From the IMG/VR virus record IMGVR_UViG_3300032327_000792: a stretch of 64,000 nt of DNA; one strand, given 5' to 3'. Both the position numbers and the translations under genes were made by a program. Below, piece by piece: positions 34,944 to 45,600 of the stretch (its first letter is position 1; every line of letters begins with the position of its first letter). The notes beneath the pieces were generated by a model. It was not told where the DNA came from. It did no database searches and saw only the letters and a program-made list of their open reading frames with translations. The DNA is from a virus. Its lineage: Duplodnaviria; Caudoviricetes.

Positions 34944-37852
34944 TCTATGAATCCTTGCATACGTGCTGCTTTTTCTAGTTGCGTCATACGATCTCTAATG
35001 AGTTGTCGATCAGCATAACTATAACCTGGTGTGTCTAATTGTTTTGCCAAATGCTCACGTTTGTCATAGTAATCATTTTTGTCACGTAACTTGTTGTTTC
35101 CGCCACGGTTAAATGTGTCAGCCTCGGGTAAACGTTCGCCTGTTCTAGCACTACGAGCTGTGCTGGATCCGGGTTCGTGTGGCTCTGGTTCTGAACCTGT
35201 CTCAGAATCTGTGCCAAATCCATAATCAAATTTCTTCACAGTCTTGCCTTTGTTGGCATAGTGCTTGCGAACCAGCGCCGGATCAGTTTCATCGCTGGGC
35301 ACACGTAGTCTTGTGGTTGTACCATCTGTAAAATGCACAGTCCAAGTTTCTGGGCCGCTTTCTTTTAGTTCTAATTCTTTCTTAGAGTACATTTGTCTAG
35401 CTAGATCAACTGCCGCGGCATTGTGAAATTTTTCAACATCAATGCCAAACTCATCAGCATACTTTTGAGCAAGTGCATCACGTATTTTAGCAAACTTTGG
35501 AAAACTATATTTTAATGCTTTCATTGGAGCACCATTTGGATCTCTTAAATCTTGTACATATTGATTTAAAACATTTTCTTCATCGGCGTTCAGTTCTTTT
35601 GCTTTTATTTCGTGTACATCTTTCCGGGGTGACCATAGGGCTTTACGCATGCCCAGGTACTGTTGCAATGCGCCTAACTGCCGTTGATACTTGGCCATCA
35701 TGTCATCATAGGCAGTGTCAATGTCGGCTGTGGTAAAATAATCTTCCAAGTCGGCTGCCAATCCACGTGGTAACATACGTCCACCACGTGTGGCACGAGC
35801 TTGTAGTCGTTCTATGTCTTGTTTGATACTGGCCAAGTTATCAATACGTTGTTTTTTGCTTTGTAAATCACTCAGGCGGGTTGGAATGGGTTGTGGTTCT
35901 ACAGAAACAACTTCTGTTGATGCTGTGGGTTGGGTCTGTTGATTTTTCCAACGATGCAACTCTTTTGCAGCCTTGTCCGGTAATGCTTCAGCCACTCGCC
36001 GCATTGGCAGTGCTACATCTCTGTCGTCAATGTCCTCAGGATACTTGTCTTCTTCTTCACTGTTGATAATTCGGTTGATCAATGTGGAGTGATATTTTGG
36101 ATTGCCAGCTTTGTTGGTTCCTGTGCCAATAATTCGACCACCGCGGCTCACAGTGACACGACCTGTGTCGGGACTGTAGTCCACTGTGTAACCTTGAATC
36201 ACACTTTTGACAGGAATATTTTCAAGCAACGACTGATCAGGTGTGGAAAGAGGTTCAACATACGCACCTTTTTGTATGATGTATTCATAGATGAATTGAC
36301 TCAAGAAAGTTGGATCACTGAACAGGTTGAATACTAAATTTCTTTTACTTTCTCCTTCTGGCAAAGTGTTGAGAATACTATACAATTCTTTAATGTGTTT
36401 TTTCTTGATAAACAATGGACGCATACCGCCAATGCCGTCGATCTCTACGGTGTTCAATCCTTTCATATAGGCATCAACAAATCTCAGTAGATTGGCTTTG
36501 GCCAATGTGCTTTTTGGATCAACTGCACGTGGCACGGCATTTTCTTCCAGCCCAGAGGCCATTTGGCCCAATGTATCGTTGGCAGCATTGTCGGCAGCAG
36601 TTGCGGTTGTTTGTCTGGTTTTCTTTGTGTCAGTGCCTGCGGTTGCTTTATTTGTCTGAACCAGACTCAAAGGAACAGGTCGTTGAACTTTTCGAGCTTT
36701 TTCTCCACTGGCCGGTTCAGGTATTTCTGCAGCAGATTGTTCTGCATCAGGAGTTTCTGCAGGAGCCCGACCGGCGGCCTGAGCAATTGCTGACATAGCA
36801 GCACGTCCAGCTTGAGCAGACTGTTTTTCTTTGCGAGTTTGCAACTGCTTCATTACACTGGATGATTTTTCAAGTTTTTTAACTTGTGCTTGTAATTCTT
36901 CAATTGACTTGTTGAGTTCTTTGACCTGCGCTGGATCAACCTTTTCGCCTTGATTCAGAAGAGCGTCCCACATAGATTTTTGACTCTTGAGTGTGTCAAT
37001 TTCTTTCTTGAGGCCAGCCACTTGTGCTCTTGCACCAACATCCAACGGAGTAAAATCTGGAGCACTGGTCTGCGGCGTACTGGGTTCAACATACAATGGA
37101 ATTTTGTCTGTGGCCACACTCACACCCGGTTGTGCCGGCGTTGGTTCTGTACGACGTTGACTCATTGAAGTCAGACGTTGGGCTAACACAGCATTGGCCT
37201 GACGCAACTGTTGAACAGTCTGTTGCAAGCTACGTTCTTCACCTTCTAGGTTGTCAATTTCTGTGTCTTGTTGTTGATTGATTGCAGTGATCTGTTTCAA
37301 CAACTCATCCTGTTGACGGTTGACTCCTTTGAGATCAGAAATATTTTTTTCAGTTTTTTCTTGATTTGCAAACTCGTCTTTGACCAAAGCTTCAATGTCA
37401 CTGTTGGCCGATGGATATTTTGCACGAATTTTTTGTAGTTCTCTTGCTACCTGTGCATCTGAAGCAGTTTTTCCACTGAGTTCTTTGTTTTTCTTCTCAA
37501 ACAATTTCATTTGTGCTATGTGATTCAACATTTTTATTGTTTGATTATAGCTGGTCAATACCCGATACATAAAATTAAATTTGCCCATGTCTGGCAAGCT
37601 GTCGTAGTAGGCAATGATGTCAGGGAAATATTTTGGATCAATGCTGTATGTGCGATCATCTAAAAATGTCAGCTGGGCTGGTTTGCCTTTGGGTTCATAA
37701 TTGATAGCATTGATCAATGCTCCCATGTTGGCATTGCCCAATGCACGATGTTGGCTTCCTGCTTTTTCTGGATTGACCGGCATATAGCTAGATTTTGGTC
37801 TTGGATCTCCTTCGGGAGTGCCGGGAGTTTCAAATAGGTCAAATACAATCAT
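34940..37852 (-). CDS. Putative modular internal head protein with coiled coils
   Basis: MIVFDLFE leader; 970 aa. Confidence 0.65.
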   Translation of the reverse strand: MIVFDLFETPGTPEGDPRPKSSYMPVNPEKAGSQHRALGNANMGALINAINYEPKGKPAQLTFLDDRTYSIDPKYFPDIIAYYDSLPDMGKFNFMYRVLTSYNQTIKMLNHIAQMKLFEKKNKELSGKTASDAQVARELQKIRAKYPSANSDIEALVKDEFANQEKTEKNISDLKGVNRQQDELLKQITAINQQQDTEIDNLEGEERSLQQTVQQLRQANAVLAQRLTSMSQRRTEPTPAQPGVSVATDKIPLYVEPSTPQTSAPDFTPLDVGARAQVAGLKKEIDTLKSQKSMWDALLNQGEKVDPAQVKELNKSIEELQAQVKKLEKSSSVMKQLQTRKEKQSAQAGRAAMSAIAQAAGRAPAETPDAEQSAAEIPEPASGEKARKVQRPVPLSLVQTNKATAGTDTKKTRQTTATAADNAANDTLGQMASGLEENAVPRAVDPKSTLAKANLLRFVDAYMKGLNTVEIDGIGGMRPLFIKKKHIKELYSILNTLPEGESKRNLVFNLFSDPTFLSQFIYEYIIQKGAYVEPLSTPDQSLLENIPVKSVIQGYTVDYSPDTGRVTVSRGGRIIGTGTNKAGNPKYHSTLINRIINSEEEDKYPEDIDDRDVALPMRRVAEALPDKAAKELHRWKNQQTQPTASTEVVSVEPQPIPTRLSDLQSKKQRIDNLASIKQDIERLQARATRGGRMLPRGLAADLEDYFTTADIDTAYDDMMAKYQRQLGALQQYLGMRKALWSPRKDVHEIKAKELNADEENVLNQYVQDLRDPNGAPMKALKYSFPKFAKIRDALAQKYADEFGIDVEKFHNAAAVDLARQMYSKKELELKESGPETWTVHFTDGTTTRLRVPSDETDPALVRKHYANKGKTVKKFDYGFGTDSETGSEPEPHEPGSSTARSARTGERLPEADTFNRGGNNKLRDKNDYYDKREHLAKQLDTPGYSYADRQLIRDRMTQLEKAARMQGFIE

Positions 37853-37854
37853 AA

Positions 37855-38565
37855 TTACGCTTCTTCAATATAGTCTTGTGACTGGTTGTTCTTTTTTTGT
37901 CTTGCACGGAACATCTCAATGGCCATGGCAGCTTCGTCAATGTTTTTGAATCTGGACTTCATGGTGCGATTGCCGTGACGTATTTCAAATCCTGTGCGTT
38001 CATTGCCGTGTATTTCAAACATAGCGCCATTTTCCAACATCATGGATTTGACACAGGCTGATTCAGCATAGGTAGGATTTTGCATTAGGGGCGTTGGGTC
38101 CTGAATCACCGGATCTTCTTCTGTGGGGTCTTCTGCAATTTCTTTTGCCTTGGCCACAAGATCCCGGTTGTTTTTGTCTTTTTTGCCAATGCCTCGATCC
38201 ACTGGCTTTTGACCTAGGTCACGATCTATTTTCTTTTCCAATGTCTCTTCAACACTTTCTAAATAATCTATCAAACTCTTTTTGACTTTGTCTAGAAGTT
38301 TTTCTTCTTCGACTTGAGCTTCTTCAACAACTTCTTTGTCCGCCTCTTCATCATGTTCAACACTGTCGCCTACCATGTAGCCGCTCATGGGGTTCTTGGC
38401 GTTGGGATTGCCGCCCAGTATCTTCTGTGTTTTTGGTTTGAACAGTGCCGGCAACTGCTTGACACTTTTTTGGTCCGCATTCAATCCGTGCGTGACATCC
38501 ACAGGAGTGATACGTCCTTCCAACTTGGCCAAACGTTCAATGATATCGCGAATGTCATTGCTCAT
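37855..38565 (-). CDS. Putative head/scaffold-associated protein
   Basis: MSNDIRDIIERLAKLE leader; acidic segments. Confidence 0.55.
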   Translation of the reverse strand: MSNDIRDIIERLAKLEGRITPVDVTHGLNADQKSVKQLPALFKPKTQKILGGNPNAKNPMSGYMVGDSVEHDEEADKEVVEEAQVEEEKLLDKVKKSLIDYLESVEETLEKKIDRDLGQKPVDRGIGKKDKNNRDLVAKAKEIAEDPTEEDPVIQDPTPLMQNPTYAESACVKSMMLENGAMFEIHGNERTGFEIRHGNRTMKSRFKNIDEAAMAIEMFRARQKKNNQSQDYIEEA

Positions 38566-38566
38566 A

Positions 38567-39007
38567 TTATGCTCTTGCGTCCTTTAGATAGCTGCTGAGT
38601 TGCCAATAATATTTGCCGTGTGCAGACTGACGTTCGGCCATGAAGTTGGCGATGTCCTCACGTTTTTCGGACTGTGCAACAGCAAACACTTGCATGACCA
38701 AATCTTTCATGGTCTGTGTGTCTGCCAACAATTCTTCCAACATAAGTCTGGCACGTGGAACTTTGGTCTGTGGTGGTATGATTGATAGTTCTTGAAAACG
38801 CTCAAAACTTCCAGGAGCATATTCTTCCAAGGTACGGATATATTCAGCTATGGCATCTGTTGCACCGTAGGCATCTTGATAGATTTCAGCAAAGAATTCG
38901 TGCAACTGTCCAAAATCTGGCCCTTCCACGTTCCAATGAAACATGTGTGCCTTTAAATAATAAGCAAAATTGCTGGCCAATAACTGTTTTAATAAATCAC
39001 TTAGCAT
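38567..39007 (-). CDS. dps: Dps/ferritin-like DNA-protecting protein
   Basis: HMFHWNVEGPDFGQLHEFF...D..AE ferroxidase signature. Confidence 0.92.
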   Translation of the reverse strand: MLSDLLKQLLASNFAYYLKAHMFHWNVEGPDFGQLHEFFAEIYQDAYGATDAIAEYIRTLEEYAPGSFERFQELSIIPPQTKVPRARLMLEELLADTQTMKDLVMQVFAVAQSEKREDIANFMAERQSAHGKYYWQLSSYLKDARA

Positions 39008-39200
39008 TCTTTTTTCCCTGTTTCTTTTTGTATTCTTTAGGCGTGTTTGGTGTTGGATCTGAGCCTGTTGAGTATTTACCTGTAAAGAAGTTTCCACCAT
39101 TTCTTGTGATCATGCCGCCCATGGGTGCAGCCACTGTGGCTATGGCACCGGATCCAGTGGATCCCGCCGAAGCATTTTCCATTATTTCACGAATTTTCAT
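38997..39200 (-). CDS. Small putative internal head protein
   Basis: MKIREIME leader, Ala/Gly-rich core, Lys-rich tail. Confidence 0.6.
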   Translation of the reverse strand: MKIREIMENASAGSTGSGAIATVAAPMGGMITRNGGNFFTGKYSTGSDPTPNTPKEYKKKQGKKNAK

Positions 39201-39483
39201 TGTAGATCCTCAGTAAATTTTCGCCTTTGATATTGGCATCGCCCAACTCTACACGCATGTTCGCCACTGTAAGTTGTGCTAAATGTGGGGGCACAAGTTC
39301 GTGACGGATTTGGTATTGGCCAGGTTCGGCATTGATCTGGATCAGTTCTTCAAGATATTCATTGTTCCAAATCCAAGTGCGTTCTGTGAACAACTCGTCA
39401 TTGACATACACACGATAAACCGGGGGCAATCCCTCCCAATCGCAATGCACATCACACAGCACTCGCACGAATTTCTTGTCCAT
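39187..39483 (-). CDS. Hypothetical late protein
   Basis: 98 aa; CTAAATA 4 nt before the ATG. Confidence 0.7.
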   Translation of the reverse strand: MDKKFVRVLCDVHCDWEGLPPVYRVYVNDELFTERTWIWNNEYLEELIQINAEPGQYQIRHELVPPHLAQLTVANMRVELGDANIKGENLLRIYNENS

Positions 39484-39514
39484 GCTGTATTTAGCGGTTT
39501 TGAATTTTAAGAGT

Positions 39515-40480
39515 TTAAAGACTAAATGGATCTATGATCACAATTTGGCCGTCTTTTCTACGACCCAAGTTTTCAATTGAACGCAAATCCAACGGTGCTA
39601 GTCCGCCAACGGCATCTTCGAGATCCTGTGTGGCCATGACCAATCCGTCTACTTGTTCTTCTGACAATCCCAGCGGTCTTTTTTTGTTTTGGTAGAATGC
39701 TGCCAGGGCTTGTTCACCACGAGGTAGGGCACTCATTAGATCTTCAATGTATTCCAGTACCTGGTCTTCGCCTGACACAGGGCCAAGATATTCCATTTCG
39801 TACACAAAGTAGGTTTCGCCATCCACCTCAAAATCACCAGCGTTGTAAATTCTTGGATAGTGTGGATTGCGTTGATTACGCAGAAAAAAGCCCACATAAG
39901 TTTTTACTATGTCTTCACGTTCGTCTTCGCCAATGCCCACAACTTTGAGCACTGTGCCACGTGGGCTTAGAAATGCTATTTGATCACGGCCTTCACCAAG
40001 ATAACCATAGCCACGATCAACAAAGTAATCTTGTATGCGCTGACTAACTGACAATTCATCTTCGTCGTTGATTTCGTTGATTGGTTGCCAAGTCATTGCT
40101 TTGGCACCTTTGGTGATAGGGTTGAATCCGTGGCGCTGGTATAGTTTGGTCAATGATTTTTGACTTATTTTTCCTTTGGCCCAAGGGTACAATGTTAATG
40201 TAATGCCCGCCGACTGTGCTTGACGTTGCAGTTCTTTGATGGCACGACTGCCTATGCCCTTGCGTTGCTCAGGACCGGCCATTAGCCAATCTATTTCCAC
40301 TGTGTTAGAATCAATGCCGGGTTTGAGTTTGAATGCAGCAAACTGTTGATCTTGACCTGTGCCCCAAACCATGACTCGATCAGCTTGACCATAGGGCCAT
40401 TCTGGGTACTGACTGTAGACCTGATCTATCCAGGCCTGTGCTGTACCTGTGTTTTCAACTAAGAATTCACAAGCTCGCAT
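39515..40480 (-). CDS. GNAT acetyltransferase + protein-kinase-like fusion
   Basis: QRKGIGSRAI acetyl-CoA loop; after INEINDE come LGEGRDQIAF, VLKV, DLRSIEN and IIDP. Confidence 0.7.
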   Translation of the reverse strand: MRACEFLVENTGTAQAWIDQVYSQYPEWPYGQADRVMVWGTGQDQQFAAFKLKPGIDSNTVEIDWLMAGPEQRKGIGSRAIKELQRQAQSAGITLTLYPWAKGKISQKSLTKLYQRHGFNPITKGAKAMTWQPINEINDEDELSVSQRIQDYFVDRGYGYLGEGRDQIAFLSPRGTVLKVVGIGEDEREDIVKTYVGFFLRNQRNPHYPRIYNAGDFEVDGETYFVYEMEYLGPVSGEDQVLEYIEDLMSALPRGEQALAAFYQNKKRPLGLSEEQVDGLVMATQDLEDAVGGLAPLDLRSIENLGRRKDGQIVIIDPFSL

Positions 40481-40708
40481 TTATTCAAAGTCCACTGACT
40501 CTTGTACTAACTGTTTTGTTTTTAATTCTTTTACTGATCCCACATGGTGGTCTTGTATTTGATACTGTTGTTTGAGTATGGTTCTTGCAATTTGTGCGTT
40601 GGGTGCCCAGACCTGTGCGTCAACATAGCCCACATAGTTGGGTTGATTGACACGAACTTTGGCTGTCCAAAGTCGGGCGGATTCTGTTACGAACTCACGT
40701 AATCTCAT
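40481..40708 (-). CDS. Small putative internal head protein
   Basis: MRLREFVTE leader. Confidence 0.65.
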   Translation of the reverse strand: MRLREFVTESARLWTAKVRVNQPNYVGYVDAQVWAPNAQIARTILKQQYQIQDHHVGSVKELKTKQLVQESVDFE

Positions 40709-40714
40709 AATATA

Positions 40715-41533
40715 TTACTTATTCTTCTTTTTTCCAGACTTCATATTGGCACACCAATGATACATCTTGGCTTTTTCTCCCGATGCATTTTTAGCCTTGC
40801 GACGTAGATCAGTTACTGATCCTGCACAACTGGCACCTGCACGTTTCACACGTCCTGGACGGCTTTTGCCTTTAACTTTACCGTCAGCAAAGTTTTCGTT
40901 GGTGGTCTTGCCCTGTATTAGATTTCTCACTCGATCAATCACATGATTCACACTGCTCAAGGTGGCATGTGAAAAACCCTTCATCACTGTTCGATCCTGT
41001 TGAACCATCGCATACTGATATATCTTGGAGCTGGTACCGCGTTGTATGCTGAAAATCTTGTTGTCTCTGTTGAAGAAGTGTGCAGAGTTGGCACCCAATT
41101 CCTGATCCCAACCTTGACTGTCAAAAAACACACGATATATGTTGAGTATGTCATTCCAACTTAGATTGTAGTCGTTGCCTCCCCACGGGTCATGTTCAGG
41201 TGGCACAAATTCATTGAGAGTTTCTTGATCTTCCCAAACTCTTTGATCACCACGGTGTTTGTCCCAAAATCCCCGGCCTGCATCGGTTTGATCCCAACTT
41301 CTAACAATGGTATAGCCATTGTCTTTTAGGTAATCGTACATATTGGCCGCAATGCCCTGACCGTGATAACGTTCATCAACCCATACAGTTTGTGGATCCA
41401 ATCGACCCTCTTGGTCAAAGAAAAATTCTGCATGGCCTAAATTTTTACCACCGGCAGTAGCTTTGACAGCTACACCGTCTGCATTCCGACTGATCAACAG
41501 TTTGTATTCTAATAGGAATTCTCGAGCTCTCAT
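40715..41533 (-). CDS. GNAT-containing modular protein
   Basis: MRAREFLLE leader; VWVDERYHGQGIAANMY GNAT motif A; basic Cys tail. Confidence 0.7.
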   Translation of the reverse strand: MRAREFLLEYKLLISRNADGVAVKATAGGKNLGHAEFFFDQEGRLDPQTVWVDERYHGQGIAANMYDYLKDNGYTIVRSWDQTDAGRGFWDKHRGDQRVWEDQETLNEFVPPEHDPWGGNDYNLSWNDILNIYRVFFDSQGWDQELGANSAHFFNRDNKIFSIQRGTSSKIYQYAMVQQDRTVMKGFSHATLSSVNHVIDRVRNLIQGKTTNENFADGKVKGKSRPGRVKRAGASCAGSVTDLRRKAKNASGEKAKMYHWCANMKSGKKKNK

Positions 41534-42618
41534 CGGGCACTCGCTACAAAACGTAAGTCTCTACTGATAGATCCCAACTCTTTTTTCATTTTGGGGCCAG
41601 CACGTTTGACGTCTGCACGTGACACATGAGTGTCGGGTTCGTCCTGGGTTGTTACATTAACAGGCTCATCGGTGCGTGTGTCAAAGCCGTGTATGTTCAA
41701 CTTACGACCATAACGCTGTTCTAGTTCTTGCCACACACGATAGCCACCTTCACTTTGCTTGTTGTCGCTGATCAGTGTGAGTCCCTGGTCCAGTATCAAA
41801 AAAGCATACAAATCTGCAGCACGGTATTGATTTCGAGGACCTGAATAAACACCCTGAATGACAAAGCTGTTGGGGTTTGATCGATAAGGACGACCTGTGG
41901 TGCCCAATTGACTGGTGCGTGTGTTGGTGTTAAACACATAGTATGTGACTGTGCCACGATTGTTCCATGACCATAGTTCGAACCCGTCACCAAGATCAGC
42001 AACTAAATTGCCTAAGTATTCAGACTCTTTGCCTGAGGGAATAGGTTTGCCATCATTGGGCATGAGATCCAAATGTTCTCTTTTGCTTTTGGATTGTGTG
42101 TTGACCATGGTCACTTCCATTATACCAGTGGCTCTACGCAATCTCAAATCATAGTCTCGATCGCTTTCGTATTTGGTAATAAAATCGTCGTAATAGCGTT
42201 TGGCGTCAGCAGGAGTGTCAGCTTCAAAACTGTGAACTATTTTATCAGGTGTTTCGGCATGATAGATTTCATAGCTTCGGTTGAGTCTGTCACGTACACG
42301 AGCCATGCGTTCTTGTCTAGCGTCAACCTGACGGCCAGCACGATCAAGATAGCGTTCCAACTTATCTCTACTGATTTCATTTACTTTATCGTTCATTGGG
42401 CGTTTAATGCGTACCAATCTGTTGGTACTGGGTTCTATGGTATAGCCCAGCATGATCAACTGTTTCATAATTTGTCTGGCCTGATCCATATTGGGCACAT
42501 GACCGTCACTGTTGTCCAGAGCATCCATCATGAGATTGTACAAAATCATAGCTTTTTGCGATGTGCCAGACTCAAATTCGTTAGCACGAATCTCAGTTAC
42601 GAACTCTTGAGCTCTCAT
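41530..42618 (-). CDS. Modular protein with C-terminal GNAT-like domain
   Basis: MRAQEFVTE leader; RAADLYAFLI...LISDNKQSEGGYRVWQEL. Confidence 0.65.
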   Translation of the reverse strand: MRAQEFVTEIRANEFESGTSQKAMILYNLMMDALDNSDGHVPNMDQARQIMKQLIMLGYTIEPSTNRLVRIKRPMNDKVNEISRDKLERYLDRAGRQVDARQERMARVRDRLNRSYEIYHAETPDKIVHSFEADTPADAKRYYDDFITKYESDRDYDLRLRRATGIMEVTMVNTQSKSKREHLDLMPNDGKPIPSGKESEYLGNLVADLGDGFELWSWNNRGTVTYYVFNTNTRTSQLGTTGRPYRSNPNSFVIQGVYSGPRNQYRAADLYAFLILDQGLTLISDNKQSEGGYRVWQELEQRYGRKLNIHGFDTRTDEPVNVTTQDEPDTHVSRADVKRAGPKMKKELGSISRDLRFVASAR

Positions 42619-45600
42619 TTTTTCTTCCGGTCCAACATGTTGTAAGGATGTCTTTTGTCGTTCATGTATTCCACAGCTAACAGCATCACAGAATTCTTGG
42701 CTGACTGTGGCACACTGGCCCAACTGCTGTAGCCATTCTTTTGGGCAGCCATGTTCATGAATTTTCTGGCTCGTTCAGCATCACTTTCTGTGCTTTCGCC
42801 TAATTCGGGTCTTGGATCTACGCTACGCAAATATATGTCTGCCGCAGGATTCTGTTGCTCCAGGTTAGTCTGCACTACATTGGCTTGGTTATAACTGGCA
42901 TTGGTCATTGAATGAATAACCCGTCCGGTTATGCGATCCACAAATTCCCAATTGCGGCGAACTTCTGTGGCATCTTGAGGTCGGTCAAAGTTTTGTGCTA
43001 TATCTGGCTCAATATCATTCACTGCTTGCGCTACTCGCCAGCCATAGTTTTCTGTGTCTGCAGGCATGCCTTGATTGCGTAGCCAATTGCTAAACTTGTC
43101 ACCAGCATCCGCCGCATCATCTGCTCGGTACCGTAGTATCACACGATTGTTTCTGCGATCCACAATTTCGTACTGATCTGTGGCCTGAACACGTTGTTGT
43201 AGGCGTTGGCTGTCTACAGCGTTGTCCACTGCTTGTTTAACACCGGTGGCTCGTTGCACTGTGAAGTTGCCTGTGTCCAAATTCTTGTCCTGCAAGTATG
43301 TGATCGCAAAGTCCACAGCCTGAGCCTGACTGGATGCCTGGAATGTGTAGAATGGTAGGCCACTGTGTTTGTTCAATACCACATAGTCTTTGGGTTGAGC
43401 AATTTGTTTGGCCAATTTGGCTCTGCGACTGAGTTTGGGTTCGGGTTCAGTTTTTCCTCCGCCGTAGGGCTCAATGTAGAATGGTATGACATCAGTGTAC
43501 TTTTCACGAGCCTGATCAGCGGCTTCGCCACGTGTGGCAGCATCAATGATTTCCAATGTTTCGTTGTTGTCTTTGCGCATAACACGCCATTGACCTGTGT
43601 TGGTACCCACATCACGCAGTTCGTAGGCCTGCTTGAAATCCATCATGGAACTGGCCGGACTCACACGAGCTTTGGCACGTTCCAGTGCGTCCAGTTCTGT
43701 GTAGTTTGAAAACTCTAGGCCTTCAACTGGTTTGTTGGTGGATCTGTTGTAGAGCCTCCACGAACTCTTGCCTCCTGTGCCATCAGGAACTTCCTTGTTG
43801 ATTACTTTTTCGGCCCATTGTTTTTTGAGTTGTTCAGCAGTGAGTTCACCAGCACTGAACTTGCTGAACAGTTCCAGGTCCCGGTTGCCTTCAGGAGCAA
43901 TTAGCTTGTATAGTTTTTTGTAGTATTCAGGACGCTCTAAGTCAGGACGACCAGCTAGATACATGGCATAGGCAAAGCGACGCATGGTTGATGCCAACAC
44001 GTCTGCTTCACCCTGATCGCCTATGCTTAGGTAATCGCCGCCAGGTGATCTAAATTCAATATAGCCAGGCTTGATATGTGCTGATGTATATTTGGAACCA
44101 CCCACGCCTTGCTGTACATATTTCTGTGCTAACTCAAGCAAATTGCTCTTCATCAACTCTACAGCAGAGGCAATCTTAGGACTGCCACTGGCCACGTTTT
44201 GTTTGATCTTTTTCATGGCCGAAGCAGTGTAGGTATTGGCAGCACGTCCAAACTTGTCCAGCACATACTCGTCACCCATGAACAAGATCAATTTCAAGTA
44301 GTCAACATCACCACCTTTGAATGGTATTGATATGCCCATGTGCAAACCTGTTGAATCGTTGGTGTAAGCATAACCGTCGGAATTGGCCCATGCAATCACT
44401 TTTTCCATCTGTTCAATGGCCTGATTCAATGGCAGTGGTGGACTCACAAGTTCCAATCCAGCATCATCTCGATTATCTGGGCTCAAACTTGAGTCTGGCT
44501 CCAGCACATATTCGTTAGGCACACGACGGGCGGAGTGATAACCTGATCCCACAACCACACGTTTGCCCAGTACTGTTTCAAGTTCGGCAGCAATTTGAGA
44601 CCAGTCACGAGATCCTTCGTTTCTGCTGCTGGTGTTGGTGTAGTAAGGCCAATCCAAATTGTACTCGTTCATGACATCGCTCATCCAGCGTAGACCTATG
44701 TCTGAAAAGAAGCCAGAATCATCCGCATCGTAGCCATTGCGGAATTCATCCAGTGCAGCGTCCCAGTTTGCACCTTGTTTGCGAACTTCATCTTCAACTA
44801 GAGCATCCAATAGATCTTCTGCTGCGCTCTGGGCATCCATGTATTTTTGATACAGGGGATTTTCTTTGGCGTATTCTTGTTGATCGCTGTATTTGGTAAA
44901 GCGAGGAGCCCGTTCGCCAGCTTGAATAATCTCATTCATTTCATCATCAGTTAAATCCAACAACTCCAACTGTTTTTGTATTTCAGTGTCTTTGTCCCAA
45001 TCGCCTTCGTCAACAAGCACCTTACGAATCAAGTCTTCGGCCTCTTGTTCAAAGTCACGCATGATTTGTTCATCACGCCACTCAAAGTAGGCTTCATCCA
45101 GTCTGTCTCTCAATCGATCGGCTTGACGTTCACTCATGCCATATCCACTGTAGTCGTTGGAGAAAAATTCAACAACTTGTTCAATACTGTAGGCACGTTC
45201 GTCCATGTCCATGTCGGCTTCCATGTCATCATCGCTGTCGTCATCTTCACTGCTGGTGTCACGGAATATCAATTCTGCTTCAAAGCCGGCCAAAATACCT
45301 TCGGCTTCGGGTGAATCAGCAAACTTACGCAGAGCTGAAGGACTCATCTTGACTTCGTCTAGCTGTACACTTTCAAACAAGTCAGGATCAAAATCATCAG
45401 CTGAAATAAAGTGAGTGGTGCCATCTCTGTGCTGCAGTTGAACAGCATCATCTTCGGATTCTACTTGACGTATGCTCCAGCCCAGGCTGTTTAACACAGA
45501 TTCAATTTGCGGTTGACGGTCTGTGGCATTCCACCAACGATTGGCCAGCACAAAAATAGGATCTGGAACATCATCGTTGCGGTCACGCCCAGGGCCGGGT

